Shown here one piece after another: positions 46,701 through 58,516 of a DNA stretch of 64,000 bases (position 1 is its first letter; every line of letters starts with the position of its first letter). Under the pieces are notes generated by a model that saw only the letters and a list, made by a program, of their open reading frames with translations, had not been told where the DNA came from and searched no databases. The stretch lies in NCBI GenBank assembly GCA_051362555.1, contig CM120643.1, positions 17,054,848-17,118,847 on the forward strand, given 5' to 3'. A program made the position numbers and the translations under genes. The stretch is from Lingula anatina (Eukaryota; Animalia; Brachiopoda).

Positions 46701-49700
46701 CCAAGGACGAGACGCTTCACTCTCTTCGAAACTTCATCACAAACGGATGGCCAAACACTAGGTCAGAGTGTCCATCGCACCTCCACGACTATTGGAATTA
46801 CCGTGATGAATTGTCAGTATTTGATGGCCTTATTCTAAAAGGAACTAGAATCCTGATCCCAACAACGCTTCAAGCAGCAGTGTTAGAACAGTTACACTAT
46901 GCTCATCAAGGAGCTGAAAAGTGCAAACTCCGTGCCAAAGGATCTGTATTTTGGGTCAACATTAATCGAGACATCGAAAACATGGTTAAAGCATGTGCAC
47001 CATGCCAACACAACCAGAGGGCAAACGTCAAACAACCGCTAATGCCACACGACGTACCACAAAAACCATGGCACACACTGGGAGCAGACTTATTTTTCAT
47101 TGACAATGACAGTTACTTGCTCATATCTGACTATTACAGCAAATTTCCAGTAGTCAGAAAGCTGAACAATTTGCAGTCCAACACAACCATTGCTCACATG
47201 AAATCAATCTTTGAAGAATTCGGAATCCCGAGAAAGCTTATCACTGGAAATGACACTCAGTTTACTTCGGCTGAATTCCAGAAATTTAGCCACGATTATG
47301 GCTTCGAGCACGTCCAAACAAGCCCCCACTATTCACAGGCCAATGGATTTATTGAACGAGCTGTTCAAACTGTTAAAAATCTGCTGATTAAATGCAAGGA
47401 AGCTAAAACCGATCCTCATATGGCCATGTTGTGCCTTAGATGCACACCATTAGATCACAACATACCATCGCCAGCAGAACTCTTAAATTCTCGTGCTTAT
47501 GATACCAATCTTCCTGCCATCCAACCCCACCTGTCACATGCCTCTTATGACGGTGAAATAAATGCATACATGCAAAGAAAAAAGGATAAAGAAAAGAGCA
47601 GATATGATCAGTCAGCCAGAAATCTATCTGACCTACTTCCTGGTCAGCATGTGAGAGTACGACATCCCCAGAGTCACAAATGGGAACCAGCAATTGTAGA
47701 TTCTACGAGACCAAACAGGAGCTATGTTGTAAAAACTAACAATGGTGGTCAGTATGTACGCAATCGTATACACATACGTCCAACAGGAGAGAAATTCTAT
47801 CAGTCTGACTTTGAAAACACCCATTTGCAAAATCATTCACCAAGCAATGATCAGGAGCCCCGCTTTGAGAATTCAGAAGCAGCTCAGAACAAACAAGTGC
47901 CAAACACTGTGGATAACACTGTACCCCAATCACCAGTGCTATCTCCACGACGATCTACTAGAATAACAAAAGCACCTGATAGACTGAACTTGTAACTTGT
48001 ACATATGCATGAACAATGTCATATAGCTCTACTAGCTAGGATTTTATTTATCACTGTATTTACTTTATTTTACTCACTTAAACTACATGCTTCACATGTG
48101 AGACTTCTCTTGCACAAGGTATTACTCAAGAAATCAAAAAGACATTTATTCTGTGTTGCCACTATCAACTAAACCCTTGATTTAGCACCGATTATCTTTT
48201 CTAAAGGAAGAAGGGGATGTTATGGTTCTTAACACTATCGGTCAAGCTTATACGGTAATGTGCCATGAATTTCGAACAGTAGAAAATAATTAAATTTGAG
48301 AAAAGATCGTTCTGGCCGAAATTCATGAAATGGAGGTGCTCAGAACTTCCGAAAGTTCGAATTTCATGGAATTCTGTCAATTTTGACCGGAAGTTGTCTG
48401 TTCGTCGCTAGGCCTTCTGTTATCTTCTCCCGACGATCTATTTAGAGTTACCGTAATGTATGATGTGCGAGTGTCGGTAATTGCGACCAAAGGTATACAC
48501 ATACTTTCACCCGATCACTGTGTATGGCCCATAGATAGAGCGGTACTGTTGTCTAGGGCCGCAAAACAGCATCGTTATCAGTAGTGTCGTTTTTCAAAAG
48601 CGATTCTGGCAGCCAGAAACTAGTGTCGTTTTTCAAAAACGATCCTGGTGCTCAGAACGGGAGTGGACGGAGGGAGAGACGGCCGACGATAAGCGTCTGC
48701 CACGGCCAGATAACCTTTACTATGGAAGCTTAGTGTTACCGTTGCTCCTTTCCGTGCACTGAAACCGAGACGACAGCCGATCAGTGTCTATGGCGCACGT
48801 GCAGGTAGCCTTCATCTGCGATAAGTGTCTTCCGCGACCAGGTTCGTTGCCTTTACCCTTAAAGTCGGGCGGAGCTTTACGCGCGAATGCGTCCTCATCT
48901 CGCCGTTCGCGGGTCGGTGTCTCTGACGCATACGTAGCCTGCCCTGCAGAAGCCGGCCTCGGCACTACGGCCTCTCCTCCGTGCGGGGAGGCCACTACGA
49001 CCGCAGATCGGTATGTGCGGCGCACAGGTAGCCTTCGCCACGGCAGCCGAACTGTGTATTACGGTCTCTCTCCGGCGTGCGCTGCGACCAAGAAGACCGC
49101 TGATTGTTGTCTGCGATCAAATACACTAGGTTTGGGGGGTGGGGGGTGGGGGGTGGGGTGGGGTGGGGGGGGGGGGTGCAGGGCCGTTTTTTTTTTCGCT
49201 CAGGCAACCCAATCTTAACCAGCAGCAGCAACTGATTTCCTGGCGCATAGTTGCGTCAATGTACGCATTTGAAAAGCGTGTACGTTTTGTCATTGAAACC
49301 ATCTTCAAACAAACACGAGAGGTAGGTAATCTAGAGTAAACCGAAAAGGCAGTTTTTATATTCGTTCGAGGGACTGGAAGATCGTCAATGGGAGATAGTG
49401 AGCGATCTGAGCGCGACAATAAGCCAATTTCCACACTAGTTCAAGGGACTTCGTTACTATATTCGTCAGCCATCCGAGCAAGCATAGAAGCTTGGACTTT
49501 TTGTCCATGCTAGAAGGCAATTTTCATGTAGTCAGCAGGATATGGTTTGCTGGTTTGCGACAGGGGCGTAACCAGGCATACGCACAGATACACTGTGCGT
49601 ATATAATTTTTTGGCCAACCATGATATTATTCTCTATAAATCTAGTGTACTTTTCAAGGAATATTATCGAAAATCCCCTTCGATTATAAGTTAACGTCAC

Positions 49701-52700
49701 CTGAATGTACAAATTCTCTGTATAATTTATATATGCACCATTGTTCTGACACCCTTCTCGTTTGCTTTCACAGAACTGAGGTAAACAATACTAGTTACCA
49801 TCTGAAGTCCGATCTTAATCGTCCATCTAGCTTGAACTTGCTTTACCTCTTAATTAGAGGGTAAAGTGCCCTTCAGCTCACAGGTAGCTTTTGTCTTGAG
49901 TGTATCGAACGCGATATTTATCTCAGATAAAAATCTACCTGTGTGTTATTTTCAAAGAGCTGCTCCAGCAGACCTGGGGGCACTAGATAAATCTGATCAT
50001 CGGGCTAAACAAGGAGCCAGAGAAACAAAGGAAGTTTGATTTTTCCTGCAAAGTTTCAAAGAATTTTGACACGGACTTGATCCAGCTAAACCCTCCCAAC
50101 TAACTGGGTGGCATGGGCAATTTTTACAAAATTTACAAACAATTAAACTTAGATATATTACAATTTTCTCCTTTAATATAATTTTGGGAGGCATGCACCC
50201 GCATGTAAGCTGGGTGATGTCAGTAAGCCCCTAGTTAAATAAATATACCCTTATGAGCAAGGCTTTTCCCAGCGAACCGTCCAGCCGTCATTTGGACGGC
50301 CGCTGACATCACCGGACGACCTATATTTTCAAAGACGGCTAGACGGCTTGCGACTTTTCTTTTAAATGACGTCTTGGCTTGTCGGGACAGCCGTGGACGT
50401 TGTAAGAAATTTTCTTAGAGTAATTTGACGTACCTTGCTTTTATGATGCGTCACAGATGAATGGTACTACTTTGTAGTGTACGCTGATATTCAGTCACGA
50501 TGAAACTACTTCCTAAAGCTTACAAAACACAATAAAATGTTTCTATGAACTTTAAGATACACATTCCACGCCGTATGCAGCAGTGACAAGAGTGACCTTC
50601 ATGCGGTACAAAACACTAAGCAAACTACAGGCCAATTTGTGAAAGGGGACACCTTCCGGACCTTCATACGCACGGCAACTGACAAAGCTGATTGACGAAA
50701 AGGAAAATTTCAAATTTTCAGCGAGAGATCGTTCGCAATCCGAGAGAGACCAGGAGCCAATTTTCATATTTGTTAAAGAGACTTTGTAAGCCAAAGGGCG
50801 AGACGAGAACGCAATTTTCGTATCGTCAGCGTCGCAATCCGAGTGAAACGAGAAAGCTCATACTCGTTCAGTGGCTTTCGTTTGCGGAAGATCGTCAGCC
50901 GGAGATCGTTCTCGATTGTTTTTAACCTTCCATCCCTCCCCATTGGAATTTATAATTTTTAAAAATATTTTTCATTTCATTTGTACATTTCAAGGGACTT
51001 CATTAGCGGAAGATCGTCAGCGGGAGATCGTGAACGATCTGAGCGAGACAAGAAAGCAATAATGGTAATCTTTATTGCAGCTCTTAATATTGCTCTTTTG
51101 TTCTGTTACTGAAGTCTCTTCTGTTAACAATGCTATTGTGCGCCTCAGCAAAACTACCGATCGCTATCTCACACCGAATACTGCGGTAAAGAAACAACAG
51201 CCCGACAGTACAACTCTTAAATAGATTCTCCTGTTATCTGAATGAATGGATATGACGATGTTGTTTAGCGTCCTAAATTAACTGTACCGATCGTTATCTT
51301 GCACCTTGGGCCGCACACGTAGTACTCAGGTAAAGGTACGCTAGGGCAACATTGCCGACTGTTAGATCTTTATAAGCGCGAGAATAGCCCGGTGGCCGAT
51401 TTTAAGGTGTACGAAATTCACGAAATCAAGATCGCGCAAAATTGCTTACTGGCCGAAATTCATGGTCCAGAAAAAACTTCAGACGGCCGATTTTAAGATC
51501 GTTCGAAATTCAAGAGCCGTTCGAAATTCATGGCACTTTACCGTAGTAACCCCAACCCTCTGTCATCAATTATCATTAAATAGCACTCTCACTAATGTAG
51601 TATAAACACACTTGACAGCAGTGATCCCTCTGATCAGTAGACACACAATGTATTTATATCAGCACACTTAGAAATAAAGTTAGTTGTTGTAGTCGAGTCC
51701 TTCCTGGAGTTGTTTCAGTCTCATTCATGTAATGTTAAGCAATTTGAAATGAGGCAATCTGCTGAAAACATTTTCTGCAAAAGATTTAAATTTATTTAGT
51801 ATGCCACAAGTACTTGCATTGTATGTACGAGTACAAAGGTTACAGTTCTCTTCTGTGAGGGATGCATTAAGTGATTTGAACTTAATTAACAATCACAATA
51901 TGAATAATGGTCTACCAGTATAAATAAAGGGGGGGGGATGCCATAACCACTCATTACATTCCAAACATTTAGAAGAGGGAACTCTGAGTTGTTCCTCAAA
52001 GTAGCAAAAAACCCCAAGAGCAAAGGCATTTAGTTAAAACTGCACCTAAATAAATTTGCAACCTGAAATGGAACTTTCAATCAAAATATTTTTAATCAAT
52101 ATTTCAGATAACTTGTCCACTTATATCTGAAATCATGAATGGGCAAATCAATGCAGATGGCAGAGGCAATTACCTTTCTTGACAAATGCTTCGACAAATT
52201 CTTTGTCAATGAGGATGGCAAGAGGGAGCTTCTCTGTGAGGAAGAACCTAGAGTTCACCATGAGGCTGGTCAGGTGCAGAGGAATGCTGTCACAGTCAGG
52301 AATTAGGATGTCCACCTGGAAGAGACAGACAACATACAAGATGTGCTTTGATTGGAAATGTAAAAAGAATTACATCTTATCTTTGGAAGAGCATATAAGT
52401 ACTCAATTAACCAGGATATTATCTATTGTTGTATCACAGACATTGCAAATGAAGTTGAACTGAAGTCTTCTTCGGTATGTAATGTTTACATTAGCCCTGT
52501 AGGTACAAACTTTAGCTCTACTAGAGAGGATATTTTTTCACTTATTGAAACTGATATTGTTAAACTGTCTGGTAAGCGGCAAACCCCCTGGGGAATCTGT
52601 GCTGTAGTTGTCATTTCTGAAAGTTCATCACCTCATAAACTACTAGACGCTTACCCCATAGTTAAAATGGTGTTCAAGTACATTTGTTACATGTCTTGAA

Positions 52701-52768
52701 TTTTTGTGGAGGAAACAAGACCTCTCGAAAACCAGTTTGCTAGCAGGACACGTGAAAGTCACAGCCAT
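40715..52768 (-). CDS. RPP40: Ribonuclease P/MRP protein subunit p40; exons approx. 52768-52655, 52315-52174, 43567-43499, 43139-43044, 42427-42301, 41813-41501, ~41215-41080, 40910-40715
   Basis: MAVTFTCPASKLVFERSCFLHKNSRH...HHFNYG|VDILIPDC...EFVEAFVKKG|KLYMLSYGTAIDRDNCVAI...; C-terminus PWACVTVHGFTDSPVSWKRNEHGHHKGGENLYTFVLFPSEDYWLYMAVGTHDICPP closely resembles human RPP40. Confidence 0.93.
43668..43873 (+). repeat. 5' LTR (206 bp)
   Basis: TGTTATGG...TGTTTCA; internal TATAAA and AATAAA; near-identical to the split 3' LTR. Confidence 0.95.
43874..43886 (+). promoter_or_regulatory. Primer-binding site, tRNA-Leu type
   Basis: TGGTGTCAGAAGT is complementary to a tRNA-Leu 3' end ...ACUUCUGACACCA. 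Confidence 0.75.
43956..47995 (+). pseudogene. gag-pol polyprotein broken by two frameshifts (~44701, ~46270)
   Basis: Gag with zinc knuckles; protease KVDTGA; RT LDARSGYW...IIDDIVV; RNase H VDAS...YSNIEREML...SDHKPL; integrase HYAH...CAPC, ADLF, NGFIER; spread over three ORFs in different frames. Confidence 0.9.
48203..48217 (+). other. Polypurine tract
   Basis: AAAGGAAGAAGGGGA directly before the 3' LTR TG. Confidence 0.85.
48218..51717 (+). repeat. 3' LTR split into 48218-48252 and 51544-51717 by a nested insertion
   Basis: The two pieces rejoin to match the 5' LTR, with TA duplicated at the break. Confidence 0.92.
48253..51543. mobile_element. Non-autonomous TIR DNA transposon (3.3 kb, TA TSD) nested in the 3' LTR
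   Basis: TA|CGGTAATGTGCCATGAATTTCGAAC ... GTTCGAAATTCATGGCACTTTACCG|TA; subterminal CGAAATTCA repeats; no long ORF. Confidence 0.92.
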
Positions 52769-53161
52769 TAATATTGTTTACAGAGAGTCCTAGTTAAAGA
52801 GGGCGTCGCAGTCAAGAAAGGCTAATCGGGTTTTATTAGATTTAACCGATAAACAAATCCAAACAAATGATATAAGCATTTTTACGTAATGGGGATAAAA
52901 AATTTATATTTAAATGCTAATGATTATAGATGGGAGTTCAAAATACAGGTTTGAGCTTGTCTTGCCAAGAAATTTTGATTGTTGCAACCTAGATGAAAAC
53001 AACGACTATATCAAGTACTTTTGGGGAATCTCATATACATTTGTTGTAGTATTTTCAAATAAACTTTCATAATAACCTCTATTTATAAAGAAATATCCAG
53101 AATGACCATTTGATAAATTGACACATATATAATTTTAAAAATTTCCCACATATTCAAGCAC

Positions 53162-53233
53162 GGGGGTATAGCTCAGTGGCAGAGCATTCGACTGCAGATC
53201 GAGAGGTCCCCGGTTCAAATCCGGGTGCCCCCT
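53162..53233 (+). tRNA. tRNA-Cys (GCA)
   Basis: GGGGGTATAGCTCAGTGGCAGAGCATTCGACTGCAGATCGAGAGGTCCCCGGTTCAAATCCGGGTGCCCCCT; intact cloverleaf, anticodon GCA at 53194-53196, T-runs downstream. Confidence 0.96.
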
Positions 53234-53490
53234 CCAAGTTATTTTCTTTTTCTTCCTTTTGTTTTTCATTTAATGATATCTAATCTTCAACATTGCTGAT
53301 GAATGTACTGTCAATTCACTATATATATTTTACGTATTTGTCGAAAAGTGCATTTTGAAATTACACAACCGGTGTAAGGGATGACAGCTCTTTATTTTGA
53401 CTGGAAAAGTGCTATAAAACGGATTTTCCTGGAGTAAATCCCGTACTTTTTAATGGCCAATGAATCTGTTCCGTCATCTTAAAACAGTCA

Positions 53491-55806
53491 TTTTTATGTA
53501 CAGACACAGATGTGTCTGTACATATTGCCATCACCTGCGTCTGTCGTCGCCGATGCCGATGCCGATGCCGATGCCGATGGCGATGCCGATGCCGATGCCG
53601 TCGCCGTGCACTTTCCTTGTAAACACGATAAGTGGAAGGCAGTTTTACTTTTTGGCTTTATATTTACAGAGCTGATGAATATTCATAAAACGCAGGTCAA
53701 GTTCGAAAATCAGCATGATCGGGCCATTATTGTAGAAGTTATGCTGTTTTTTTCACTTTTCAGCATATTTTCACATTTCCTCAGATTCAATTCTTAGGCA
53801 TGTTAACAGTCTCATTATTAAACTAATAAGATACGTAAAAGTTTTTGTTTGACATTTCCTGCATCTTTACAACATTGTTAGTTGATTTTGTAAAAATGAT
53901 GGTAAACTTGTTATCGTGTATTGTGTAATAAAGTGTCAAAAATAGAAATAAACTCATATCATTGCAGTTTGTCAGATTCAATCATTCACTATGTTCAGAA
54001 TCTCAGAATGGAAGAAATTGGACATTTAACACTGCTTTATTGATATTTTTCCCATCTCATCAATTTTCTTAGTTGATCATATAAAAATGGCAGTAAACTG
54101 TTAATTTTGTTTTATGTTAAAAATTGTTAAAAATGGAAAAAAAAACATTTCAGAACAGTGCTTTCTTGTTTACATTTTGGCATTTTCAAGTTGTGACTTA
54201 GAGGTTCCATGGGCCTGAAGACCTTTGCTAGTCACATTTTCTGAATATCCATGATACTAATATATTATTATTAAAAATTGATGGTCATTATGCTGTTAAA
54301 CATTATGTAATATTGCATCAAAATTTGAAAAAAACCTATTTTGGGCACTGCTCCCATGATGACCATTTAAGAAAAACCATGTCACTTACTGTTCTCAGAC
54401 AGTACAGTAAATATATATATAGATGTGTCTGTACATATTGCCATCACCTGCGTCTGTCGTCGCCGTCATCGGCGTCGCCGGTGCCGTGCACTTTCATTGT
54501 AAACACGATAAGTGGAAGGCAGTTTTACTTTTGGGCTTTATATTTACAGAGCTGATGAATATTCATAAAACGCAGGTCAAGTTCGAAAATCAGCATGATC
54601 GGGCCATTATTGTAGAAGTTATGCTTTTTTTTCACTTTTCAGCATATATGCAACACTGTAAACACATTCCAAGGAAAACCGATAGGCCTGTTGTCATGAA
54701 ACTCACAGGAGTAATCTATCTTACTAAAACGCAGGTCAAGTTCGAAAATCAGCATGATCGGGCCACTATTTTAGTAGTTATGCTGTTTTTTCATTTTTCA
54801 GCATATATGCAACACTGTAAACACAATATAAGAAAAACAGATAGGCCAATTGTCATTAAACTCACAGGAGTGGTCAATTTTACTAAAACGCAGGTTGAGT
54901 TCGAAAATCAGCATAATCGGGCCATTATTTTAGAAGTGATGCTGTTTTTTCACATTTCCTCAGATTAAATTCTTAGGCATGTTAACAGTCTTATTGTTTT
55001 ACTAATAAGATACATAAAAGTGTTTGTTTGACATTTCCTGCATCTTTACAACATTGTAAGTTGATTATGTAAAAATGATGGTAAACTTGTTATCGTGTAT
55101 TGTGTAATAAAGTGTCAAAAATGGAAATAAACTCATATCATTGCAGTTTGTCAGATTCAATCATTAACTATGTTCAGAATCTCAGAATGGAGGAAATTGG
55201 ACATTTAACACTATTCTATTGATATTTTTCCCATCTCATCAATTTTCTTAGTTGATCATATAAAAATTGCAGTAAACTGTTTATTTTGTTTTATGTTAAA
55301 AAATTGTTAAAAATGAAAAAAAAAAAATTCAGAACAGTGCTGTCTTTGTTTACATTTTGGCATTTTCAAGTTGTGACTTTGAAGTTCCATGGGCCTGAAG
55401 ACCTTTGCTAGTCACATTTTCTGAATATCCATGATACTAATATTTTATTATTAAAATTGATGGTCATTATGCTGTTAAACATTATGTAATATTGCATCAA
55501 AATTTAAAAAAAAAACTATTTTGGGCACTGCTCCCATGATGACCATTTAAGAAAAACCATGTCACTTACTGTTCTCAAACTTACAGGAAAGAAACATGGG
55601 ACTAAAATACAGCTTCAGTAGGCAATGCAGTCTGTTTGGTAATTCTTACTGCCAGTTAAACGGTTTCACATATTGGCATTTTCAAAGTGTGACTTTGAAG
55701 TTCCACGGTCTTGTTTATTATTGCATCAAAATTGGCAAAATGACCTCTTTTGCATCCTTTTTTCTGTTATTTTGTCTGTACATTTGACAGCTTTGCTGCC
55801 TTGTTT
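53491..55806 (+). mobile_element. HINE/DINE-1-like non-autonomous element, copy 3
   Basis: Same 5' hairpin, (GCCGAT)n, internal modules and 3' end as the copies at 32.7 and 35.4 kb. Confidence 0.78.
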
Positions 55807-57373
55807 ACAAGTGTGGTTTATTTAGAATAAAATTTTGAATATTTTATGAAGAGATGTTATCTCTTTCTCTTTGAATTACAATGACAATTATCATGTACGA
55901 AAGTTAGCTTATCGAAAAGATACATGCAAATGATGAGATATGTCCAGCTTTCAAACTGCAAATGCTGAACATGAACATCAAAGAACCTGCAGACAATTTT
56001 GGACAACATTAAGTTTTGATAGAAGAAAAAGTTCTTTTTCAAGAAAATTTTCTTATTTATTTATTTCTCTTAATAAAATGTTTATATCGTGTCAGCGAAC
56101 CAACGCTACCTGTGTTAGATGAGACTTGAATGAGAAAGTAGGCCCATACTATTGTGTCACACCTTGGCGCATTGGAATCCTCTGTAAAAAAAGTAGGCCT
56201 GTTTGGCCTAAGATTGGTCATTAAGTTTAAGATTGGTCATTAAGTTTTTATCATTAACATAGCAAATTGGTAAATGGTCCCATTTCTCCCAGCTGCATCG
56301 CATGTCCTTGTCCTAATAATAAGATAGGACCCTTTATACATTATCTCCCCGCTCCCACGCAAATTCTATCTCTCTGTAGTTTACCCGTTAATTTATTATC
56401 AGTCATTACCGATATCGTTCTTTTGTGGGCATCAAGCCTATACACTTTCCATCGTCACTACATATCGACCTTCGTATAAGTAACTGTATCATTTAATCGC
56501 ATCCCTGTTTTATGGACCAAAGGCCGCGTCGCAAGATGGATAGACCTGTTAACACTCACTCCTGACATACATTATTTATGCAACGTTTAGTAGTTGAAAA
56601 AAACAACAGTCTCCGTGTTAGTATAACCTATTTACGATAATAGATTTGCACACGTTTTATCTTCTGTCATCTGGATGCTAGTTTGGGTATTGAAACTCAA
56701 TAAATTTCCTTATTATGAAATGATCAAGGTATCGTTTGACTAAGTTACACATTTTAAACGCTAAAAAATCGGAGTGCAGAAGAGTATTTTTATAAGGACA
56801 AGGACATATCCTGTTACAGTAACTAAAATCAAACCTAAAACGCCTATATGCAATACTGATTGTAAAAACATTATCATATAATATTCATGGACTTAATTTG
56901 TTTTCGGTCAAAGTATGATCATTTTGCATATGATGTCATATCAGCGTTTATTTTAATGAAAATGTCATATTCTATTTTTTTCTCTCCTTTTTTATACCGT
57001 AAGGCAAAAATCGTGGGCATGGCTCGTAGCCTCAGAAAAAAATCAAAAATAGCGTCTAGGGGCTGTGCATGAGTACTACAGTTTGGAGCGGGGCGGCCGA
57101 TTTTCATACGTCGTTTAGATTTTATTTCTAATACCATTCAATTTTACCAATTTTCACTGGGTCTTTGTAAACAAGACCGCCTTAGGTCGGTTTGATGGTC
57201 TTACAAATCTGTCGGAACCGATTGTTTTTCACACATTTGTTAATATTTGCACCAGTTTCGATGATTTTATCTGCGGTGGTTAGGGTGTTATTCCCGGACC
57301 GATTGCCATCTACATCCAATACACTTCCAGGCACTTGAACAGGTAAAAACGACACATGAAAACAATGCCACCT

Positions 57374-57613
57374 ACACACACTGGACAATAGAAGTGTCAC
57401 TCCCTGAATCAGAGTAATCAAAGTTATAATGCCTGGACTACTTATAATGTGACTAATGAGTATAAAATCGCTGTACCACGGAATTGTATTGTTGGTCTTT
57501 TTGTGAAATTTGATGTTAATAAAATGATACCAGGAGCATATCATTCCACAGTCATTTTTCTCCCCCAAAGTATTGGTTCAGTAGGGGTGACACTTCTATT
57601 GTCTAGTGTGTGT
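57374..57613. mobile_element. MITE with ~30-bp TIRs
   Basis: ACACACTGGACAATAGAAGTGTCACTCC versus GGGGTGACACTTCTATTGTCTAGTGTGT. Confidence 0.7.
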
Positions 57614-58516
57614 ACTCAGTATATATACCTCTTATCGATATTTTAATCAGCATAGGACCTTCATACGTGCCAGTAGGTCTAATAAGTAATAAACCAATAA
57701 CATTGCCAAAATAAGGAAAAATCTTGGGTTTTTGTATATTAATCTGAACTCAAAACATATATTTCAGGGTATAATTATGTCCTTAATAAAATATTTTAGC
57801 AAGTAAACACTTCTTATTCAGCAATACCAAGTTATTTGAAAAAGCCAAATCATTAAAGCAAATGGCAATGGCATTTCACTTTTAACTTTTTAAGTGACCG
57901 AACCAAGCATTTTCTCTGTTGACTTGGTCAACTTAAAAGTGTTCATTCACTGATTGATTATAATTATATATTATTCGCGTTGGCAATGCAACGTTATCGA
58001 TTGAAAATAACAGTTTTTGTTTCAAAAACAATCAATGGTTTTACATCAATAGTCTGCCTTTTACTTAATTCATGTTATGCAGTAGAGAGTTGGTCCTCTG
58101 CTTGCCAAAGCTATCGATCCGTCATACATTTCCGTATTGTAATTGATGATACACCCGCACCGACATGTAAGACATTTTCATTTTTTAATGGAAAATTGTT
58201 TATAAAACAACTGCTCAGAATAAGAACCATTAGACAAATATCCATGAATTCACACTACGCAACATAAATATGAAAAAATACATTTAGAGTTAATTCGCCC
58301 TTGTCCACATCTTGTGCTCATTTGTAACGGAGGGTGTGTCCACAGGCTATGGAACAGCCAGGTGTGTTTTACACGCTGTCATAACACGTCCATTTGGTCG
58401 ATATCTCGGGAACTGCAGCCGTCACAAGGGGAGAGAGAGAGAGGCGGGTAGACGCTCAACCCGTAGGGAGAGTTATCTGAGGAGAGTTCTTATCGAAGAA
58501 CGAAGCTTATGCAAAA

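Larger units (their letters stand above)
43668..51717 (+). mobile_element. Ty3/Gypsy LTR retrotransposon, full length, 5-bp TSD GTCTC
   Basis: TG..CA LTRs, PBS, gag-PR-RT-RNaseH-IN domain order, PPT; GTCTC at 43663-43667 and 51718-51722. Confidence 0.96.

Noticed and set aside
48720-49434. ORFs inside the nested TIR element as a transposase
   Set aside because: Short, GC-driven, with no DDE or HTH motifs
32729-54968. Multi-copy ORF family MCLYILPSPASVV...KTQVKFENQHDRA
   Set aside because: Translations of a non-coding repeat with inconsistent stops and frameshifts between copies
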